Positions 61,691-64,000 of a DNA stretch of 64,000 nucleotides are shown piece by piece. A model generated the notes under the pieces. It ran no database searches and was not told the DNA's origin. It saw only the letters and a list, made by a program, of their open reading frames with translations. Source of the DNA: Candidatus Woesearchaeota archaeon (lineage in GTDB: Archaea; Nanobdellota; Nanobdellia; Woesearchaeales; GW2011-AR15). The DNA lies in contig JAVZBY010000001.1 of NCBI GenBank assembly GCA_038874655.1, positions 52,292 through 116,291 on the forward strand, in the 5' to 3' direction. A program made the translations under genes and the position numbers. Position 1 is the first letter of the stretch. Each line of letters begins with the position of its first letter.

Positions 61691-62004
61691 AGCTCAATAC
61701 CCTCATTAAGTGCTTTTTCTATTAGTTTATTTGATTTTTTAAATTCTTCTGGTGTATAAACAAAAACATCAATTGGAATATCATATTCAATTTTATTTAA
61801 AACTTCTTCTGTTCTTTTATTAAATTTTTTATCTGTCTCTTTTATTATTAAAAGGTCAATGTCTGATTTTTCATTCTCTGTTCCCTTAGCATAACTGCCA
61901 AAAAGGATTATTTTTTCAGGATTGTATTTTTTTTTTATTTGATATACAATGTTTTTTATTTTGCTATTATTTAATATTTTTTTTTTATTTAATTTAACGG
62001 ACAT
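61687..62004 (-). CDS. Minimal nucleotidyltransferase (MNT), partner of HEPN
   Basis: ILFGSYAKG, SDIDLLII, DVFVYTPEE; 4-nt overlap with the HEPN gene. Confidence 0.92.
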   Translation of the reverse strand: MSVKLNKKKILNNSKIKNIVYQIKKKYNPEKIILFGSYAKGTENEKSDIDLLIIKETDKKFNKRTEEVLNKIEYDIPIDVFVYTPEEFKKSNKLIEKALNEGIEL

Positions 62005-62100
62005 ATTCTTTTATATGTATTAGATATATAAAAAGGTTATTTTTATTTTTTGTTTGTAAAAAAACAAAGGTTTTATACTAAATAGAATTATTTTTTTATT

Positions 62101-62493
62101 ATGCGAATTTATGTATTCGGCAATTTGCTTTATGAAAAAGATTCTTTACCTATAAAGCTAATTCATTTATTGAAAAAAGAATTTCCTAAGATTGAGTTTA
62201 TTGAATTTGAACCTACTGAAGGGATTGAAACATTAAAAGAAAAGAATTTGATTATAATTGACACAATTCAAGGAATAAATGATGTTGTTTTATTTAAGGA
62301 AATTGAAAAAATAAAAACAGAATCTATTGTTTCTTTACATGATTTTGATTTGGGTTATAATTTGAAATTGTTGAAAAAGTTTGGGTTAATTGAAAATGTG
62401 TTTATTATAGGTGTGCCTGAAAATATTGAAGTAAATATGGCAATTGAAAAAATAAAAAGTATTTTGATTAAGCTATCTTTAAATATATTTTAA
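62101..62493 (+). CDS. Hydrogenase maturation protease-like protein
   Basis: VFGNLL..KD, IIIDT, SLHDFDL; next to hydrogenase large subunit. Confidence 0.7.
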   Translation: MRIYVFGNLLYEKDSLPIKLIHLLKKEFPKIEFIEFEPTEGIETLKEKNLIIIDTIQGINDVVLFKEIEKIKTESIVSLHDFDLGYNLKLLKKFGLIENVFIIGVPENIEVNMAIEKIKSILIKLSLNIF

Positions 62494-62743
62494 ATATTTC
62501 ACTTGTATGTCCAAAGTTGTCTCCAATATAAATACTTTTGCCTTTTTGCATAAATTCTAAAATATTATTTTCATTCAAATTGTTCATATGAGAAAGAATA
62601 TCGGCAGGAGCATTTCCAAATCCTTTAACTCTACCTTTTAATTGAACACCTCCCCCTTGGATTTTTTCTGCTTGAATATTGTTTTTTTCTGCTGTTAATA
62701 AATACCATGAACCACTTTGTGTTAAAATCAAAAATTCTTTCAT
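62468..62743 (-). CDS. Small hypothetical protein
   Basis: GGGTGAT SD; 91 aa, TQSGSWY. Confidence 0.6.
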   Translation of the reverse strand: MKEFLILTQSGSWYLLTAEKNNIQAEKIQGGGVQLKGRVKGFGNAPADILSHMNNLNENNILEFMQKGKSIYIGDNFGHTSEIFKIYLKIA

Positions 62744-62797
62744 AATATCACCCTTATTTTTAAATTATTTAGTTTATTTAAATATTTTTTAAAAAAC

Positions 62798-64000
62798 TTA
62801 GAGCCAATTAATCTTTAAAAAGTGTGTTGCACAGCTCATACAAGGATCATAAGCTCTAATTATTTTTTCTATTTCTAAAGCCATTTTTTCTTTATCTATG
62901 TCTAAATTATTTTCTACAAATGTCTTTATGTCGTTTTCAATGTTTATTTGATTTTGCTGTGTTGGAACAATGACATCCGCATGCTCAATTAACCCATTTT
63001 CTGCTATATCAACTTTATAGTAAAGTGTGCCTCTTGGAGCTTCAATTACACCAATTCCTGAAGATTTTTTTGGTTTTAATATTGTAAGTTTTTCTGGTTC
63101 AAAATTAGTATTTTCTAATATTTCTATACTATGGTCTATAGAATGCAGAATTTCTATTGCTTGTGCTAAATTGTTATGAAATATATTCTTGCTTGGGAAT
63201 AATTTTAAGTATTTTTCAGCGTCTTTTTTTGTGTTCGGATGCAAGGCCTCTTTGTTTAAATTTAATCTTGCTAAAGAGCCTACAAAATAATTACCTTCTT
63301 CAAATTTATAGCCTGTTGCAGTTGAATAAGGAATAATTGTTTTTTCTAAATAGTGTGCATAATCTTTTTGTTGAATAATTCTTCCATTACTTGTTTTTAA
63401 ATTTCCACCTATAAAACTAAAATCTGGATTTATTTGTGCTATAAAAGTTGTTTCTCTTTCTAAATTTGCATTCCAATTTTCAAAAACTGCCATAATATTA
63501 AAAACATGTTTTCTAACTTTTTTTAATTCTTCAATTGATTTTTTTATTCCTTCTTTGTCTGGAAAATGCGTAAAGCCTGAAATCATTGGATAAGGTGCAT
63601 GAACTGCTTTTCCTGCAATTAACTTTGATAAATTATTACCTGCTGCTTTTAATTCAAATGCTTGGTGAACTAAATCATGTTGCAAAGGATCATTCTCATC
63701 AAAATCTAAGACAGAATCTTTTCCTAAAACATCAGGTAATGAAAAAAAATAAAGATGTAATGCATGATCTCTTATCATTAAACTATACATAGTTAATTTT
63801 CTTAATATTTTTGTTTGTTCACTTGGTTTAAAGTCTAATGCATTTTCTATTGCTTCTATACAGCAAATAAGATGGGCAATACTACATGTGCCACATATTC
63901 TTGACATTAATGATGGAGCAGAAATAAATGGTTTTCCTTCTATTGCTGTTGTATAAAATCTTTTATTTTCTGTTATTTTAAAATGTATGTATTCAACTTT
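62798..64000 (-). CDS. [NiFe] hydrogenase large (alpha) subunit, group 3b-like, 5'-truncated by window edge
   Basis: L1 SRICGTC, HALH, EAPRGTL, PTQQN, L2 RAYDPCMSCATH plus short tail; frame open to window end. Confidence 0.93.
   Translation of the reverse strand, partial: KVEYIHFKITENKRFYTTAIEGKPFISAPSLMSRICGTCSIAHLICCIEAIENALDFKPSEQTKILRKLTMYSLMIRDHALHLYFFSLPDVLGKDSVLDFDENDPLQHDLVHQAFELKAAGNNLSKLIAGKAVHAPYPMISGFTHFPDKEGIKKSIEELKKVRKHVFNIMAVFENWNANLERETTFIAQINPDFSFIGGNLKTSNGRIIQQKDYAHYLEKTIIPYSTATGYKFEEGNYFVGSLARLNLNKEALHPNTKKDAEKYLKLFPSKNIFHNNLAQAIEILHSIDHSIEILENTNFEPEKLTILKPKKSSGIGVIEAPRGTLYYKVDIAENGLIEHADVIVPTQQNQINIENDIKTFVENNLDIDKEKMALEIEKIIRAYDPCMSCATHFLKINWL

Noticed and set aside
61277-62004. 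MNT-HEPN pair as a novel system
   Set aside because: Common, well-described archaeal module; listed as features only.

Overview
Very AT-rich, gene-dense archaeal chromosomal window, most consistent with a DPANN lineage such as Woesearchaeota. This is inferred from archaeal informational genes (aIF5B, aEF-1beta, uS2, NAC, RadB, Trm1, RIO1, Dim2-like KH, CDC48, deoxyhypusine synthase, RNase P RNA), GGTGA-type Shine-Dalgarno sites and bacterial-type metabolic genes (galT, ldh, tal/fsa, group 3b hydrogenase). Two glycosylation clusters and an MNT-HEPN pair are present; I found no CRISPR array, tRNA, rRNA or transposase. Main unexplained signals: (1) a candidate replication origin at about 5.35-5.56 kb, with a full ORB plus G-string and an inverted mini-ORB, no adjacent cdc6, and an 11-bp-periodic TGATAC/TGAGAC array beside a coiled-coil+winged-helix gene; (2) a second coiled-coil+wHTH gene at 56.7-57.5 kb followed by a different, about 11-bp-periodic CATTAT array, suggesting a recurrent 'wHTH protein + helically phased array' module; (3) a two-gene operon encoding a RelA/SpoT-type HD hydrolase and a divergent RelA/SpoT-type synthetase at 18.6-21.4 kb; (4) three unannotated structured non-coding elements at 16.4, 37.0 and 51.9 kb. 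All assignments come from motif reading by eye; no searches were run.
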